Shown: in pieces, positions 53,471 to 55,782 of the stretch
Numbering within the stretch: position 1 is the stretch's first letter
Layout of the letters: each line of letters opens with the position of its first letter
Program-made: the position numbers and the translations under genes
NCBI GenBank assembly: GCA_028864905.1
Contig: JAGWLP010000001.1
Coordinates: 1 to 55,782, forward strand
Length of the DNA stretch: 55,782 nt
Reading direction: 5' to 3'
Source: Gammaproteobacteria bacterium
Lineage (GTDB): Bacteria > Pseudomonadota > Gammaproteobacteria > Natronospirales > REEB76
The notes under the pieces: generated by a model
Database searches by the model: none
What the model was told of the DNA's origin: nothing
The model's input: only the letters and a program-made list of their open reading frames with translations

Positions 53471-54300
53471 ATCACGACACGTTGCGCCAGACAATTGATG
53501 CCGCTTATGCACAGCGTGCCGCTCTCATACCGGAGCGCACACCGCAGGAGCTGCGCGCGGCAGTGGACACCGCCATTGCGCAACTGGACAGCGGGACGCT
53601 GCGCGTCGCGGAAAAGCGCGATGACCGCTGGCAGGTGAACGAGTGGTTGAAGAAAGCCGTGCTGCTGTATTTCCGCATTCAGCCGAATCAGGTAGTCACA
53701 GGCGCCGGCACCCGCTTTTACGACAAGATTCCGCTTAAATATACCGCGCACAGTCAGGCTGAATTCCAGCGCGAAGGCGCCCGTATCGTGCCGCCTGCCA
53801 CCGTGCGCTACGGAGCTTTCCTCGCACCGGACGTCGTGCTCATGCCAAGCTACGTCAACATCGGCGCTTACGTGGACCGCGGCACCATGGTGGACACCTG
53901 GGCCACCATCGGCTCCTGCGCCCAGATCGGCAAGCACGTGCACATCTCCGGCGGTGCCGGCATCGGCGGCGTGCTCGAACCGCTGCAGGCCGCGCCCACC
54001 ATCATCGAGGACGACTGCTTCATCGGCGCACGCTCGGAGATCGTCGAAGGCGTGATCGTGGAACAGGGCGCGGTGATTTCCATGGGCGTATTCATCGGCC
54101 AGAGCACGCGCATCTACGACCGCGAAAGTGGCGAAATCACTTATGGCCGCGTGCCCGCCGGAGCAGTGGTCGTGCCCGGCAGTCTGCCCTCCGCCGACGG
54201 GCGTTACAGCCTGCAATGCGCGGTAATCGTGAAGCGCGTGGATGCCAAGACCCGCGCCAAGGTGGGCATCAACGAACTGCTGCGCGGGATCCGCGAATGA
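53467..54300 (+). CDS. dapD: 2,3,4,5-tetrahydropyridine-2,6-dicarboxylate N-succinyltransferase
   Basis: 277 aa from GTG 53467 (GTGA overlap with the dapC stop). [16 protein letters not shown]. Hexapeptide repeats [47 protein letters not shown]. Confidence 0.95.
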   Translation: MNHDTLRQTIDAAYAQRAALIPERTPQELRAAVDTAIAQLDSGTLRVAEKRDDRWQVNEWLKKAVLLYFRIQPNQVVTGAGTRFYDKIPLKYTAHSQAEFQREGARIVPPATVRYGAFLAPDVVLMPSYVNIGAYVDRGTMVDTWATIGSCAQIGKHVHISGGAGIGGVLEPLQAAPTIIEDDCFIGARSEIVEGVIVEQGAVISMGVFIGQSTRIYDRESGEITYGRVPAGAVVVPGSLPSADGRYSLQCAVIVKRVDAKTRAKVGINELLRGIRE

Positions 54301-55427
54301 GCGCGGTGCTGGAACTCGCCAAAGAACTCATCGCCCGACCTTCGCTCACGCCCGACGATGCCGGCTGCCAGCAGCTCATCGCCGCGCGCCTCGCCAAACT
54401 CGGCTTCAAGATTGAGCACCTGCGTTTCGGTCAGGTGGACAATCTCTGGGCGCGCTTCGGGACAGAAAAACCACTGCTGGTATTCGCCGGCCACACCGAT
54501 GTGGTGCCCACCGGACCGCGCGAACAATGGAAGTCAGATCCCTTCACGCCCACCGTGAAGGACGGCCTGCTCTATGGCCGCGGCGCCGCCGACATGAAAG
54601 GCGGCTTGGCCGCCATGGTGGTGGCCGTGGAACAGTTTTTTGCCAGCAAACCGAAAATCAAAGGAAGCATCGCCTTTCTCATCACCAGTGACGAGGAAGG
54701 TCCCTCCGTGGACGGCACCATCAAAGTGGTGGACTGGCTGAAACAGCGCAACGAGAAGATTGACTGGTGTGTGCTGGGCGAGCCTTCATGCCTGGAGAAA
54801 TTCGGCGACACCATCCGCCACGGCCGACGCGGCTCACTCACAGGCCTGTTAACCGTGCACGGTATCCAGGGCCATGTGGCCTATCCCGAGCGGGCCGATA
54901 ATCCGATTCATCGCGTATTGCCCGCACTTGCGGAACTCTGCACAACGCAGTGGGATACACGCCCCAATCCGCACTTCCCGCCCACCAGCTTCCAGATTTC
55001 CAACTTCCATTCCGGCACCGGTGCCGGCAACGTGATTCCCGGCGACGCCGCCATCCGCTTCAACTTTCGTTACTCCACGGCCGTCACTGCCGCAGAACTT
55101 CGCATACGTACCGAAGATATCCTCAAGCAGCACGGCGTCCGTTATTCAATCGAATGGCGCCCCATGGGCGAGCCGTTTCTCACCCAACCCGGAAAATTAA
55201 GTAGTGTGGTTCAAGATGCCGTTGCAAAAGTGACTGGTATTCGACCGAAACTGGACACCGGTGGCGGCACTTCCGACGGCCGTTACATCGCGCCCACCGG
55301 CGCCGAAGTCATCGAATTCGGCCCGATGAATGCCAGTATTCATAAGATTAATGAGTGCGTGGCCACAAGCGAACTTGACTCACTTGCTGAAACCCACCGC
55401 GCAATTCTCACCAAACTATTAAACTGA
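54297..55427 (+). CDS. dapE: Succinyl-diaminopimelate desuccinylase (M20 peptidase family)
   Basis: 376 aa from [25 protein letters not shown] (ATGA overlap with the dapD stop). [36 protein letters not shown]. The last ~240 nt show atypically low GC3. Confidence 0.95.
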   Translation: MSAVLELAKELIARPSLTPDDAGCQQLIAARLAKLGFKIEHLRFGQVDNLWARFGTEKPLLVFAGHTDVVPTGPREQWKSDPFTPTVKDGLLYGRGAADMKGGLAAMVVAVEQFFASKPKIKGSIAFLITSDEEGPSVDGTIKVVDWLKQRNEKIDWCVLGEPSCLEKFGDTIRHGRRGSLTGLLTVHGIQGHVAYPERADNPIHRVLPALAELCTTQWDTRPNPHFPPTSFQISNFHSGTGAGNVIPGDAAIRFNFRYSTAVTAAELRIRTEDILKQHGVRYSIEWRPMGEPFLTQPGKLSSVVQDAVAKVTGIRPKLDTGGGTSDGRYIAPTGAEVIEFGPMNASIHKINECVATSELDSLAETHRAILTKLLN

Positions 55428-55470
55428 CAACTTATGTGAGGCAGAAGCAGCCTTCCGGCACTACCACTCC

Positions 55471-55782
55471 ATGTCAAAGAAGTTATTTGAGGTAGTAAAA
55501 CAAGGCCCATATCAGCACATGTTCGGTGCCGGATGGGTACTCCGATCTCCACAACTTGCAGCGCTGGTATTCAATGCAATTGCAATTTGGTCATATTTAG
55601 AAGCAGTTTCTATAACAAGGCTATTGGCAATAATAAGTGGCTCAAGCGCGTTGACAGCGGTCGCCGCATACGAAGCACTGAATAGTGATGCGACAAAGCA
55701 AGCTGTATTAGAAGCTGTAGCAAAGACACATATAACTGATAAGAAATATGCTCTTTTAAAAGCGATTCTGCGCAATATTAAA
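55471..55782 (+). CDS. Hypothetical protein, partial (runs off the window end); low-GC, probably horizontally acquired
   Basis: Hand translation from ATG 55471 gives MSKKLFEVVKQGPYQHMFGAGWVLRSPQLAALVFNAIAIWSYLEAVSITRLLAIISGSSALTAVAAYEALNSDATKQAVLEAVAKTHITDKKYALLKAILRNIK, with no stop for 104 codons in ~42% GC DNA. Not in the ORF track because it is unterminated. No clear SD. No family recognised. A competing 87-aa minus-strand ORF (55512-55775) has less protein-like composition. Confidence 0.45.
   Translation, partial: MSKKLFEVVKQGPYQHMFGAGWVLRSPQLAALVFNAIAIWSYLEAVSITRLLAIISGSSALTAVAAYEALNSDATKQAVLEAVAKTHITDKKYALLKAILRNIK

Noticed and set aside
55512-55775. Minus-strand 87-aa ORF at the right edge.
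   Set aside because: It fully overlaps the longer plus-strand frame that stays open for 104 codons to the window end in AT-rich DNA. Its product is Cys/Ala/Ser-rich with no helix periodicity. The plus-strand reading is preferred, though neither is proven.

Overview
High-GC (roughly 65%) proteobacterial chromosome, gammaproteobacterial by gene order, and almost entirely conserved housekeeping genes. Left to right: rseB(partial)-rseA-rpoE (-) divergent from nadB (+). Then a succinate dehydrogenase locus on the minus strand (SDHAF4-like DUF1674 ORF, sdhC, sdhD, sdhA, no sdhB, then sdhE-ygfX), divergent from ygfZ (+). From 8.6 to 48.5 kb there is a 40-kb block of minus-strand genes: rsmB-like, lysS-prfB (prfB with the classic +1 frameshift), recJ, an RpfE-type ORF, rpoS-nlpD-pcm, ispF-ispD-ftsB-eno-kdsA-pyrG-tilS-accA-dnaE-rnhB-lpxB-lpxA-fabZ-lpxD-skp-bamA-rseP-dxr-cdsA-uppS-frr-pyrH-tsf-rpsB. 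Only a Mth938-like gene, smrB and a small DUF3096-like ORF lie on the plus strand within it. After that come map-glnD-dapC-dapD-dapE (+). I do not see a multi-gene novel system (no defence genes, CRISPR, IS elements, integrases or tRNAs). The non-core signals are: (1) a ~4.2-kb accessory patch between pcm and ispF, holding smrB, a repeat-flanked small membrane ORF, a decayed TPR membrane-protein pseudogene, a crotonase-family gene and a low-GC, highly structured 196-bp spacer that may encode an RNA; (2) three families of extragenic palindromic repeats; (3) an SDH locus with two flavinylation-factor genes but no sdhB; (4) an S2 protein with a ~90-aa Lys/Ala/Pro-rich tail and a low-GC micro-insertion in lysS; (5) a sharp compositional break at the right edge (mosaic 3' end of dapE, then a ~42% GC ORF running off the window), which looks like the boundary of an acquired region lying mostly outside this window. 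Many long ORFs in the supplied track are antisense or N-terminally over-extended artefacts of high GC. Starts were re-set from conserved N-termini and stop/start overlaps.
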